Positions 35,501-48,445 of a stretch of 64,000 nt of DNA are shown here, one piece after another (position 1 is the first letter of the stretch; every line of letters starts with the position of its first letter). Made by a program: the position numbers and the translations under genes. The DNA lies in IMG/VR virus record IMGVR_UViG_3300028914_000062, positions 32,001 through 96,000 of that record, one strand, 5' to 3'. The DNA comes from a virus (taxonomy: Duplodnaviria > Caudoviricetes). Under the pieces are notes generated by a model that ran no database searches, was not told where the DNA came from, and was given only the letters and a program-made list of their open reading frames with translations.

Positions 35501-38500
35501 AGGCCATTACAGCTTTCCATTTTTCAAGAAAACTACCAGATACTAAAGTATTATTTAAGTCAGTTATAGCATCAGAGTGCTCATCAAGAGTGTGTCCAGT
35601 TAATTCCATCCACCTTTGCTATCCTTCGTAAGAAGCTAATAGTGTCGAACCAACATCGGTCACTTCACGACTTAATTCTGCATAATCTTCAGCAGATAAA
35701 ACGGCACCAGAAGTTAACTCAGAAATACGTTCAATAGAACTATTGGTATCAATCGCTTGTACGATAGCGTCGGAAGCCTTTTGAATGGCTTCATCTCGCT
35801 TTTTAGCATCTTTATCAAGCTCACTAATCCATAGATCAGAAAACCACTCACCTAAAATAGAGCCCGCTTGCGCTCCTATCATTGTTCCTGTAGAGGACTT
35901 GCTAACCACTGCGCCAAGTGCGCCAAAAATCGCCGTAGACGCTCCAATAGTTAAACCTTTTATTCCTTTGTCTCGATTAGAGCCAGATCCCAATAGTCCT
36001 GCTGATAATCCAGCAATTAAACCCAATCCAGCAGCTACGGCAGCTCCTTGGCTTCTAGTAAACATAGCACCGCTGCTTTTGGCCGCCGCAGAAGATTGCA
36101 TTGGACGTCCATCTGGTCCAAGTATCGGCGACGCCTAAGAGCCCGTACTCGACTAAGGCGATTGTGACGTAGAAGATTGCATTGGACGTCCATCCGATCC
36201 AAGTATAGGCGATACCGACGCATTCGCATCACTACTTCCACTTACCGATCCTCCTCCGGAAGGTGCTACACTTAGTGTAAAACTGCCTTCTCCATTGGGT
36301 GTAAGTCTTATGCGAGATATTATATTTCCTAAAGGATTGACAGCTGGAATTACACCCATTTGAGTAAACATACGGTCTCCAACAAATTTCATAGTTAATG
36401 CTCTAATTATTAAAGGAGCATAATCAATTATTGTGCTTGCTAAATTATATAAAATTTTCAAAAGACCACTAGAATCAAGTTTCTAAATGAAGCCTTCCCA
36501 ACTAGATACCAATCGTTTCTAAGCTGCTTCTACACTGTTAAGATAAGCTTCGTATTTGGTTTCAGCTGTACCAGAAGAAGTTCTCGACATTTCACTAATT
36601 TCTTCCGCTGTACTATAATTCTCAAGTAATATATTGACAAATTCTCTTTGTCTGGTACCACCAAGAGCTGTCGCAACGGCATTCTTGCTAACAGAATTGA
36701 GTGTGTGCCATTTTTCTGCAACATCTGCGATAACCTCTTCAAACGGTCTCATTTCAAGAGCGCTCGAACGGATGGATATACCAAGTTTACGAAGAACTTT
36801 TTCAATATCGTTTATATTTTCAGTAGAAGAAGTATCTCCTTCATCCCCCTCGAGCAGCGACATTTTACTAAAGACTCCCGCTTTAACATTGCCGTAACGA
36901 GAGAACATTGTTTTAAGAGCGTTACCAACACGAGATGGAGAGGCCTGCGAGGTCTCAATAATCTCAGTTGCATAACCAACAATATTGTCAATATTAACGC
37001 CAGCCAGACGTGCTGATACAGCAGTTTGCGATAATGCTTCGGCAATACCACCGGCGCTCGCAGCATAATGCATATCGACTTTCGTTAACTTGGAAACAAT
37101 ATCCATAGAATCAGAAGCTTCCAGGTTAAAGCCCTTAAGCATCGAGGTAAGATACTTTGTTGCTTCACCAGCTTCAATCATACCAAGTTTAGAAAGGGCC
37201 ATAGACGATTGCACCAGTTTATTAGTTTCAGTAACATCATAGCCCTGTCTCATCCACAAGTTAGCCGCTTTTGCCACTTCTTGAGTAGTAGCACCAAGCT
37301 ACTTGGCCAAATCAGAGTACGAAAGCATTAATTGATCAACTTCTTCGCGACTCTTTCCGGTAACGATCTGGAGGTCGACAGCTGCGGCGTCAAGTTGTTT
37401 AGTAAGTTGAAGTAATTCCTTTATCTTGTTGACAACACCGGAAACCATCATCATTGGTAAAGACCATTGCATATAATGCTATATAGCGCCACCAATAGCC
37501 AATTTGGCCCGACCCAGTACAGAACGCTACATTGAATTAGTTTGAACTTCATATTGAGCACGAGCTCTGTATAAATTAGCCAGCTCTGGATTACTCTCTG
37601 CTAGTTTATCCATCTAAGCATTAAATAATTCGCTCTGCTGTGTAGTATAAGCATCAGTTGCTGCTGCCCATTGTCTAGCCGCTCCCTTTGCGCTTACTGG
37701 GGTGAACCAAGAGTGAGATTTTTGCCAGGCAGTATTCTACTACCCTAAAGCACTAATATACTTATCATAGGCCTAATATCCCGCCGTTTCTCTCGTCGTC
37801 TTGACATCTATATCCGCACCCAACATCTATCTTTCCATAGCTGCATATGCGGGGGAATTTTTATCTAAAGTGTTCATAAGCTTAGTATTATGCTATTTCG
37901 CATTTTCTGCTTTTTTTGCATAAGTTTGCGCTAATTTAGACATCTATTCTGCCTTGGTACCGGAAGATGCTTTCATAGCAGCGGCCTATACTGATAAAGT
38001 GTCAGCTAATCGAGTAAAATTTAAATAATCTTGTAAATTATCATTAAAAACGTTAACTGTATCGTCTGTTGCTCCATAATCTGGGGCTATCTATTCGGGA
38101 CTTAAAGCAACCGGGGCCCCAGGTAAACTAGTTAAGTCTCCCAAGGCATCGGTCATATCTCTTTTAATTTCATCGGCTTTACCTTCATAGCTCTTTAACC
38201 CACCAGCGGCTAGTGTCAATTCTGCACGACCGCTTTCGTCAATTTGAGATCGTAGCGACGCCGCTTTAGCAGTTTCGGTTTCAATATCTTTAGTGAGCTA
38301 ACGATATCTTGGACTAGATTTATCTACAAACTATAGTAAATTTTTTAAAGACTCGACCCTACCAATAGAAGAAGTTAACCCAGATTTAACTGATTTTGCC
38401 TGATCCCAAAATGCAGCTCTAGTCATACCAAAAGCTGCAGGAGCGCCCTTTTCCCCGGGCCGTGTTATCGACCAGGTATTTGTCGGCAAACTGTTTTCTT

Positions 38501-41500
38501 TTTGATAATCACTCCAATTAAGAGAGTGTGTACCGGTTGCCCATAATCGAGTACCATCCGCAAATTCAAAAACAGTATAAGATAAACCCGATGTAGCATC
38601 AGAAGCCGCATAAGAAGCTATTGGTGTTTGACCCTGAATTAATTTACTATTTTCATATCCCATAATAAGCTTTATCACTCCTTTCTCTATAGTTAAAAAC
38701 GGTAAGATACTCTTACCATACATTTTCTATAACTCCAATGCTTGTTCTGGAGTTAAAACATATTCACTATCTAGTTTAATATAATCTTTCTTTAAAATAT
38801 TGGCGGCAGCTTGGGCAAGCTTCTCATATTCTTTTGCAGCAATGGCTTCCATTCTCTTTTGCTACTCTGCAATATCATCGTTATAAATTTTATCAAAACG
38901 AGACTATACGACATCATTAGAAAAGAAATCGCCCTCTTTGCGCCAATATAAAGCACCCGCTTTATCTACTGCGCTTTCGGTCATGTTCAAAAATTGACCC
39001 AAAGTAGTTAAAATTCTTACTTTGTCGGCATTGTCACCGTTGGCCAGGTCCATAATAATAGTACCTAATCTCCAAGCGGCCAGTGCGTCCGCATCGGCTG
39101 TGTGTGCAGTACCGGCGAATAGTCCTAAACGATGACCTATTGTTTCCAACTTTAAGTTTTCAAAAACCTTGCCTCCGAAAACATTATTAGTAAATGACCG
39201 TAACAAAGTGGACAAATTACCGTTTAAAGTGGTTCCATTACCTAATGTTACAGATAGCTGAACATTTTGCGCCCAAACGTAAGTATCCTATAATACAGAT
39301 TTACTAATATCTTCAGCAGTATTATAATTATGAAGATAATATCCGCCTTTGCTATCCTTGCCAAAAATTTTAAGTTTAGCAAAACGGTCCATTAAGGAAT
39401 CTACTTGCTACGCTGTCCATCCCTAATCGGTAATGGTCCTCATACGCACCAATGTTTTAAGTAAAAACGGCGCGTCAAATCCTGTTGGGCCAGCATTATG
39501 TCCAATTAGCATGTCAGTATCTGGATTAAATTTTGCCTTTTCAAGCGCAGAAACAAATTGATCCAACGCATTAAAAACGGTGGTCAAGTTTTTAACCGGC
39601 TTACCCTTATAAAATAACTCTCCATTTGATTTCCATTCAAAGCCTGTGGCCTAAGCAGCGCCAGCCTAATTAGCTCTTGCACGATTCAAATAATTAGGAT
39701 CAACATTAATTTTAATACGTTTACCATCTGGAAGCACAATACCCATCTAAAATAAAGCCGGAATAGATTTACCTTTTTGTCCTAAAAGACCAGATGTCTC
39801 AAAGTCAAAAGCGAATAACCTACGTTTACCAGCAATAGTATTACCAATATTCTTTCCTTTAATAGCGTATACACTATTAATCATATTGTCTATTTGCTCG
39901 TCAGATGCTGTTGTAAAATGCCTCTTTAATATACGTCGCACCGATGAAGAAGACAATTCTCCCGTTTTAAAACTTGCAAGAAAGTCATCTAATGACATTA
40001 CTTCTAATTCATCAATAACCTCTGTAATAGTGTCTGGAGGAGGAGCTAATGAATATTCATCAGCAATTTTCTAAATACTTTCTCTGCTTGTTAAATCAAA
40101 ATCATCAGGATCTTCTCCCATAACCTCTAAAGACATGCTTACATAGTTTGCAAGGTCAGATAAATCATAAGAAGGGTCTAGCCAACGATCTGAATCGTAA
40201 TCATCTGGATTATAATTTGCATCATCTCTATCGGGTTCAGAAGTTGGTTTTTTCCTAGCTATTCCATAAGCTGCCGCAGACACTCTGGCAGCGTGCTACT
40301 CATCCATAGCAACCTCTTTAAACACTGTAAATATGTCTATTAGCTTATTATGAAACTCTTGAGAAAATGCGGACTCGCGTAGCAATTCTTGGCGTAACAT
40401 AGTTAAATTTATTCCAACGTTTGCAAATTTAGCTTTACGAGTGGTGAATAAATTTTCTAAGGTAAGCCCTTTAAACTTATTATTGGTTAATTTGATAACT
40501 CTATTCAGAACATCTACAAAAATCTTTTTATCATTATTGGGAATATTAGTATCAGATAATTTTTCTGCTAACTATTCAGCATCAAACAATCTTTCTTCGT
40601 TATCCCATAATGCTTTTTCTGCCGCTTTGTGCATTGCCACTTCACGCTCAAGATCGGTTAACTCATCTTCATTAGCTAATGTTATATTAAATGATTTATC
40701 TTTTATCATTTGATTATAATACTCATTCAATGAATCGGACACATTTTGTTTCTTAAAATCTGTAACAGAAGACGTTTCAAACTCATTGACAACAGACAGC
40801 GTTAATTGAGCATCTACCAATGTGATAGGTATCTGATTTAATATTTGCTATGCCGCCTCCACATCAGCCAATTTCAAAGTCGATAATCCTAAAGCTGCAG
40901 AAATTAAATTTTCTACATTATAATTAGAGTTAGATTTGGGTAAATTTCCTAAAATATTTTCGAATTTTTGTTTAACAACTGCAAAATTATTTACATTATT
41001 AATTTTCCACGCCAATACCTTAGTCAACGCAGGCTTTAAAAGTTCGGTATTAAAAACTTCTCCCCGCGCCAGTAACTAAACTCTTTTTAGTAAATCTTGT
41101 TCTGCGCCCATATAAGAATTACGATTGGCCGATATTATAGCGGGATGCAATTGGGTTTCGGTCAGTGCTTCCCCAAGTCGAGATATTCTTGAGGCTGCCT
41201 ATCCAGATCCGCTGTCAGATAATAAACGCTTTGAAACGGTTTTTACTGCATCTTTTAATGCGGCAATTTCTGTTCCACTTAGTTTAGGTAACTGCATTGC
41301 CAAAATAGAGTCAACGTCTTTGAGTCCCTTTAGTATCTAGGGGAGAGCATCATTATATACCTTACTATATAACTAATAATTATTTGCAATATTTAATAAT
41401 AATTCATACGCCGTATCAGATATATAATCCTTGGCTAATGAATCAAACCCGCGAAAACCCGGTCCTGACCATCCCATATCATCCATAAATTGATTAATGA

Positions 41501-44500
41501 GTGTGTTTCGTGCTTCAAAATCACGCAAATTAATCTACGAATAACCAATAACAAAAGTTTTAATTTTTTTCATTATCTCTAAAGACTAATGTGCACTTAT
41601 TTGATTTTTAGTTTCCGCTGGACGTTGATGATATAAAGTTCTGTGCTAATCATAAATTATACTGGAAAACGCATTAGAAACGGGTTCGGTTAAGGGTTTT
41701 CCATCTACCGTGGTCGGTTTAATATTTTTTAAAGCTTCAGTATAACCACGAATTCTTTCAAAAAGATACTTTAAATCTGCTAAAACTTTAGAATTATGAA
41801 CATAGTCGGGCGTTGTTGCCACGATTTTCTTTAATTTTCGTAGAGCTTCGTCTCTTTTTTTTATTAATCGAATTTCCGCAGCTGTAAAAACCCTTTTCTG
41901 CTCTAATACTTCTTCTTCTACTTGTGATTTCCTTGGCTTTTCCCAATTCCTACGTTGGGCACTCTAACGATATTTTGGAGGCAAATGATTGCCATAGTAA
42001 GTTTCAAAAGCGGACTCCATTTCGGCCACAAATATTTTACCCATACCATTAATTTTTCCTTCAGGTAACAATTCATCTATATCTTTAGTAGCGGTTTTTA
42101 AAAGTTTATCTCCAGACTAATGTCTAGTAATAGCAAGACCTATCCAACCATCATCTGTTGTTTCTCTGCCATCGAAATTAGTAGTCGTAGAATATAATTT
42201 ACTAAATCCGCGCTCAGTCAAAACAGCCATAATCGCTGTATAAATACTAGGATAATCTTCACAAATTGCAAACAAACGTTCCATAGCAAATTCCTGATCT
42301 GCTGCACTAATATTTACAGTAGATCCATTTTTTAAAGTTGTTTGTCCAGTTAATGCCTATTGTAACCAAGATGCAGTACTTACATATCCCCAAGGGTTAA
42401 TCTTATAATCTACTCCTTGTTTTTTGCCAGCATCATATAACCATTGCGATTTAATTTTATCCGCATTAACGTTTTTTATATTAGAAATTTTAGTAAACAC
42501 AATTTCATCAACGGCATCATGAAATCGAGTACCTATAGAACCATAAGCGCCGCCAATCCTCAAAACCCTTTGAGCCCACCTGGTTATAGCGCCACTATTT
42601 CTTATATCAGATAAATCCATAGAATTAAACAATGACTGTGCATACGCATCGGCTTTATCAGGCCCCTAAGTTTTATAAATAGATTTATAAACCGTAAAAA
42701 TTTCATTAACTGAATTATTTCCGGTTAATAGTTCGGCCTAATCAACACGCATCCATTTGTCGCCCTATTTATAATAGGTCGCTGATCCATCTTCTGTATA
42801 TCGATCTTCAGCTCTACCATAAAAAGTAAAATATTTTTGACCAGGATATTTCTTACGCATTAATTCCAATCTGGCTATTGTATAAAAAGTTTTACGATCT
42901 CCTGTTGGATCGAACCCCTAAGATTTTACAACTTGTTCACGTTCGCCTCGAATTGATACTTCAGACCCAAACGGATTAATATCTGTCTGTTTATTTTCCG
43001 CAGCGTCTTTAATCAACTAAACGGCTTCGCGATCTGAAATATTTCGCACACTAATAGGGTGGAAAAAAGTGTCTTGTCGTCCAAATGGTACAACTTCTGC
43101 TCTAATATCGGCTCCACTAAAATGAGGGTCGTGGCGTAATATCGCGGCCTGCATTGCGACCTCAAGACCACCATACAAACCACCATTTTTATATTCTTTA
43201 CCAGATTTAAAATCTCGAATTTCATAAAACACCTTACCGGTTTTTATATCTCTAATTTTATACAATCCATCAATCGTAGCAGATCCCCAAATTGGGTTTT
43301 TATGCGTACCAAAATTGGCATAAATCTCTTTTTCACTAAAAATTTTTTCTACCTTAAATCTATTAGACGGATATTTGGCATTATAATATTGCTACGCATT
43401 TATAATTTTTTGAGTACCAACAAAATTGCCAAATTGATTAAAAAAATGAGTTCCATATTTCTACAATACTAAATTATTAGAAGTATATAATCCCATTTCA
43501 GACAGTTCTTCATCAGTAATTTTATGTGCCTTCCAAGCGGTCTCAATATCTTTTATAGATAAATTAGAGATTTTATTGGCTTCATAAAGTTCCAAAAGTT
43601 TATGGAAGGCCGTACCATATGCGACAGCTCCATTATTGCCCGTTCCAGAATAAGTAGAACCAGATGTAATTTTACCAACATAAGAAGCCGATATCACATG
43701 CGATTTGGGACTTAAATCAACCTTCCACTACTAAGTTTTGTTATCAAAAACTGCAGTAAAAGATTCGTGCTATGTTTTTAAAAATTTTACCATAGCGATC
43801 TTTTGCTATGCTTTATTTTTAATGGATAAAATATCTTCGGGAATATAGCCTTTAGCATTAACAAAAGTAATGTTTCCTGCCTAATAATTGTTTAAAAAAT
43901 CAGAACCATTTAAACGAAAAACTCGTTCTTTGTTTCTATGCGCCAACTCTTGTCTACGGCGATTTTTTACTTCATTGGGGTTCCATTTCTCCCATTGTAA
44001 AAAACCGCGATTTGATTTAGAGCGCCAATTTGGGTTATTTTTATTATCAGAAGTCCACTAGAAAAATTCGCTAACTGGTCTACCAGGAAATTTCTTTATC
44101 CACGCAAGCAATAATTTACCCTCTGGTCTATTTAAATATCCTGACTCTTTTAGTTTATGATAATCAGTATCATTTAACCAATCATTAAAACCGCGTTTTG
44201 TTTGGTTTTTCCAATATGACTCTGTGGTAATATCTCTTCTCCATGCAATAAACTCACTCACAGGATGGCCGGGAAATTTTTTCATCCACGCCTTAAGAAG
44301 TTGACCCTTTGGGCCACCCAACTTACGACTTTCTGGAGAAGGCTTATATTGAATATTACCAATCGAAGTCTCTCCAGCAACATAAGGCTTAGACGGAGAA
44401 GGAACACCGCGAGCGCCAAACTGAGAGGCTTGTGCCTGGCGACGATTTTCTTGTGTACGTTTAATATTCGCCAATATTGGTCTTCCCTCTTCGTATTCTA

Positions 44501-45308
44501 TGTCCATTAATCTGAAATTAGCGTCTTCCTCGTCAAACTTGCCGTCAATAATAGAACGTGTAAAATAATTAATTACCTATTCTTTCGTAAAATGACATGT
44601 TTTAAATAAATAATCTGAGTCCTAAGAGGGTATTTTTTTAATATATTTTTCAATATCTCCTCGTCTAGCTTGGATATCTTCACATGCCATACGAGCCGAC
44701 TTATTGAAATCTTTTAACCATATTTCATAATTTTTAAGCGTCAAAGCTCCACTATGCCAATTTTTAGCCCATGTAGGCTAAGGTGCGCCCAACTATGGGG
44801 TAGTTGCACTATAAGTCGAATAAACAGGAGAATCTATATTAGTCCATTCATGCTCGGTCCAAACTCCCCATTGAGAAATAGAATTAAATACCTCCACCCA
44901 CTACTTTAATTCTTGAATATTCTTTGTACAAAACTTATTAATTTCGTTAATATCTATAGAGCCATAAGATAATATAGCAGATTGATATTGATCAATAGTC
45001 TAATTTAACTTAGGAATAATAGAGCTAATAATGCCCGGTCCTTCTTCTAATAGTATTTTTGCCTTATAACGCCCCGCAGCATTCCATTTCGTCATAGCTA
45101 AATCAACACGTTCTTCATATTTGGCGATTAAAGCATCTTTTTGTTCTTTGGTTAATTTAGAATATGCGCGAGTCTACTGATTTAACTACTGAGCCTCATC
45201 CTCCAAATCAAACGGTACAGATGAATCGATTTTTTGTGCAAGTTGAGCCTACATTTGCACGCGTTCTCGACGACGTTTTCTTGCCCATCTACTTGACGAT
45301 TTGCTCAT
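32571..45308 (-). CDS. Giant tape measure protein (4245 aa) with N-terminal PD-(D/E)XK nuclease and DEDDh exonuclease domains
   Basis: 15 ORF-track fragments all in one frame; manual scan found about 84 TAG and no TAA/TGA; GGAGGAG RBS; TP901-type TMP core (LGATTQEVAKAANLWMRQG..GNALKTMFSR) at ~36520-37420; hydrophobic segments ~35860-36050; C-terminal AFINENGTEGII motif. Confidence 0.9.
34585..34644. repeat. 30-bp in-frame tandem duplication inside the TMP (SKWKLLNEQV x2)
   Basis: ACTTGTTCGTTTAATAATTTCCACTTAGAA twice in tandem. Confidence 0.9.
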
Positions 45309-45345
45309 AGGTCTCCTCCTCTCCCATTTATTTTAATATCAAAAA

Positions 45346-45954
45346 TTATTTCTCTTCTTTTTCTTCTTTCTTCTCAAACATCTTCTCTGTTGCCTTCGCA
45401 AGCGGATCGATGCCATTAAGAAGCATACCAAGTCTCTCAAGATCCTCAGTCTTCATTTTCTCCTGGAATTCCTGAAGGCTCTTAGTCATCTCATCGATCT
45501 TCGCCGGATCAATCTTGTCAAGTTGATCGCGGTTACTTAAAATAACATTCCAGTTAATCGCATTCGCATAAATTTCTTTAAGTTTCGCATAGTCCTTCGC
45601 ACAAACCTTCTCAATATCATCAAGAAGGCCTGTGGGCTCCAGGAAATCTATAATATCAACCGTATTAAACATTTCAACAAGATCATTCTCAATATTGGTG
45701 TATAATTCAATCAAGCCAAATACCTCAATATTGGCGAGTTGTTCGAGGCCTAAAATTATAATATCATTATCAGTACTAAATCTCATAATCGCTTTCACAA
45801 GCGCCACGTTCTTATCCTTAACAGGAGCATACTCTCTGACAATCAGACGTCTTTTAATATTCGCCAGAGCATCGGCGTGCTCACCATTCTAGTCATCATC
45901 AAGCTGCATTGCATGCAGCATAATTTCGCTAAGTTGTATATTCTTTTCTAACAT
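45346..45954 (-). CDS. Hypothetical protein preceding the TMP (tail assembly chaperone candidate), 202 aa
   Basis: AAAGGAG RBS, ATG at 45954, one TAG; position directly upstream of the TMP. Confidence 0.6.
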
Positions 45955-45977
45955 AATAAAAGTCTCCTTTCATATCC

Positions 45978-46961
45978 TTAAAAATCAAACTTATCTTTTT
46001 GCTACTGAAGCATCTTCGGATCAACCTTAATATAATGCTTCTGCGTAACATCCAAACCTTTGTGATTCAAAAGTTTAGATATATCTTCCAATTCCATACC
46101 CAAATTCTTAAGCAGTGTAGCACCACTATGTCTAAAATCATGCGGGTGGAGTGTGGACACACCAATCAAATTGCCAATAATACGCGCCCACAGGAACATA
46201 ACGGAGGCGTCAGTAATGCCGCCGCTTTTTGTTACAAATAATAGTCCATTGTCCTCAATCTGCATTTCGGATCGAAACGCCTTGAGTTTTTCTAGAAGCT
46301 CTTTAACCTCGTTGGAAAAATACAATGAAACAATATATCCTTCTTTCTCAACAACGTCATTAATAACGCGCCCCTCCAAATCGATCTGGTCCCATTTAAT
46401 AGAACTAACTGCACTGGCGCGGGCCATCGTTGATAAAGATAACATACCATAAACCCAGACTTCAAGAGCCAAATGTCTTGCAGTCACACCAACAGCCGTC
46501 TCAAAATTCTCTGCAAGCTTCTCTCTCATCAAAGTCACTTGTTCCGGCGTCAGGTAGGTCTGCACTACAATATCGGTATCCTTCTGCGGACGACTCACAT
46601 CCTCCATCGGATTTACAGTAATAATTTTCTTCTTTCGTAAAAACTTATAGAAAGCTGCGAGAGAGCTAATGCGTCTCTTAAGGCGACGGGAATTATTCCC
46701 TTGCTCTTTACAGAAATAAAGAAAATCAGTAATGTCGTCCTCATCCAGGTCCGTAACACAGCGATTCTACTGCTCGTCCAAAATATAAATCCACCACTAC
46801 CGTAGATCGCTATAATACTGGTAGATCGTATCTTCTGACAGTTCACGTAGCTTCATATCTTTTTCATATTTCTTCCATAGCTACAAAGTTTCTGCGTTTA
46901 CTTTTGCGAGCTTTTCTGCATCAAACAGTTCAATCCGCTCGCTTCGAGTTCCGATCGGCAT
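45978..46961 (-). CDS. Tyrosine recombinase (XerC/D-like), 327 aa in code 15
   Basis: Catalytic set R (TMARASA), K (VEKEG), HDFRH, LNH, TQKHY; N-terminal SAM-like region; several TAGs. Confidence 0.9.
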
Positions 46962-47652
46962 AAGTCTCTCCCCTTTCTTTCATGTTTTGTAATAGTTTAA
47001 TTTGATTTTGGACCCTCTACTTGGCAGCCGCTGCCTTCAGGGTCTTATCCTTTTTGGTAAGCGCCTTGATTTCTTCCTCAAGGTCTTGCTGCTCCTTTCT
47101 CATAAACAGGGTGATCCACAAAGCGGCAGCATCCGAAATATCCAACGTCATATTCTTCGGGATCACGTGATGACCATAATGCGAAGAAACCCAAGACTGT
47201 ATATCTAGTTTCTCTGGGTGCTCCACTCCGGTCAATTTTTTAAACAGGGCTTTTACACTCACTGAGTGTATTCCGTATCCATAATAATCCAGTCCCAATT
47301 GATCTACAACGAGATCGAGGACTGCATGAGCTTTTGCCAATCCTTGTAGAGTCGCTATAGTAGAGAATTTACTCTACTGCGGCATCATTTCCCTTAATAC
47401 AAAAACATCCTTTTGAAGATCAGTGATCTTAGTTGAGCCTTCATTTTTCTGAATTATATCAAATAAAAGGTTGATTTTATTGTATAAATCCAAAACCGGA
47501 GTCTCACTCTTTGGGGATACGGAAATTTGGTAGTAAGATACAAGTCTATCTTGGTGCACATCGATTACGGCTACGCCTGTTTCATATTTAGCCAAATCGA
47601 ACGCAACGCAATATTTGTAATCATAAATGCTTTTCTTCAACTGAAAGTTCAA
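46930..47652 (-). CDS. RuvC-like Holliday junction resolvase
   Basis: VAFDLAKYETGVAVID, VLRE, LAKAHAVL, LDISDAAAL; two fragments joined by TAG; a second TAG extends it to TGA at 46930. Confidence 0.78.
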
Positions 47653-47696
47653 CTAAAAGCACACTCCTTTCTTCCATTTTAACCTTTAATAAAACA

Positions 47697-47724
47697 ATTG
47701 GGAGAGACTTTCGTCTCTCCCAAT
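47697..47724 (-). terminator. Intrinsic terminator-like hairpin (GAAA loop)
   Basis: 12-bp stem followed by TGTTTT on the minus strand. Confidence 0.65.
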
Positions 47725-47727
47725 CCG

Positions 47728-48009
47728 TCACTCGGAAATCTCTTTCTTAAGCTCGTCTTCATCGGCGACCATATAAGCCCTCTGTTCGGGGACCGAAGCT
47801 TTTTCGGTATCCTCAACGGTGGCCGTAGTGGTCTTCTTTTTCCTTTTTGTACGAGCTTTAGTCGCAACTTCCTTGTCTTGAGAGATAGTCTCAATTTCTT
47901 GTTTGTCCTCCACGGGAAGGACGAATTCCTCTTGCTTGTGCGCTATTTGCCATTTCTTTTTGCGCTCTAATAAATCTTTTAGAGTAACTCTTTTATTGAC
48001 CAGAGCCAT
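47728..48009 (-). CDS. Hypothetical charged protein
   Basis: 93-aa ORF with GAGG RBS, overlapping the holin end. Confidence 0.6.
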   Translation of the reverse strand: MALVNKRVTLKDLLERKKKWQIAHKQEEFVLPVEDKQEIETISQDKEVATKARTKRKKKTTTATVEDTEKASVPEQRAYMVADEDELKKEISE

Positions 48010-48379
48010 CTAAATCCTCGGTCTCTACATGCTCGGCCAAAGGCTCTGCAAGTAATTTTTGTTCCTGCATATTATTCGAGAAACTAATTATCTCGTCAAT
48101 ATATGCGCTGACTTGAGTAAGGTCAACATTGCTAATTCCAATACTTTTACAGAATTGGGTTACCATGTCTATAACCATTTGTTTCTTATCTGCTCCCGAA
48201 AGGCCGGTCGCTTCAGCAACCTGAGCGGCATCTCTAATGGCATCAAGAATTTTAAGCCAGTTTTTGTCTTCTTTAATAGTTTTAAAAGATTTATAAAGAT
48301 TAATTGCAAGAGTTAAAATAGTGGCCAATGCAGTACAGCCACTAACGATTAGGCCTATTATGGCCTCAACAGTATCCAT
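47993..48379 (-). CDS. Holin (LL-H-like family)
   Basis: N-terminal TM helix, then AAQVAEATGLSGADKK..IDEII pattern; TAG-free. Confidence 0.7.
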   Translation of the reverse strand: MDTVEAIIGLIVSGCTALATILTLAINLYKSFKTIKEDKNWLKILDAIRDAAQVAEATGLSGADKKQMVIDMVTQFCKSIGISNVDLTQVSAYIDEIISFSNNMQEQKLLAEPLAEHVETEDLDGSGQ

Positions 48380-48411
48380 ATTATTGGCCCCTTTCTTATA
48401 TTAAGATATAA

Positions 48412-48438
48412 TCAGGAGAGAAAACAATTCTCTCCTGA
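48412..48438 (-). terminator. Stem-loop after tail tube paralog 2
   Basis: TCAGGAGAGAA-5nt-TTCTCTCCTGA. Confidence 0.5.
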
Positions 48439-48445
48439 ATATAAA

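Noticed and set aside
42150-42270. YPSIY..NFDGR in the giant protein as a possible two-barrel RNA polymerase DxDGD motif
   Set aside because: Lacks two of the three catalytic Asp residues, and no other DFDGD was noticed
16868-45308. Apparent pseudogene field or decayed prophage of many short ORFs
   Set aside because: Fragments stay in one frame for kilobases and break only at TAG, so they are intact genes in code 15
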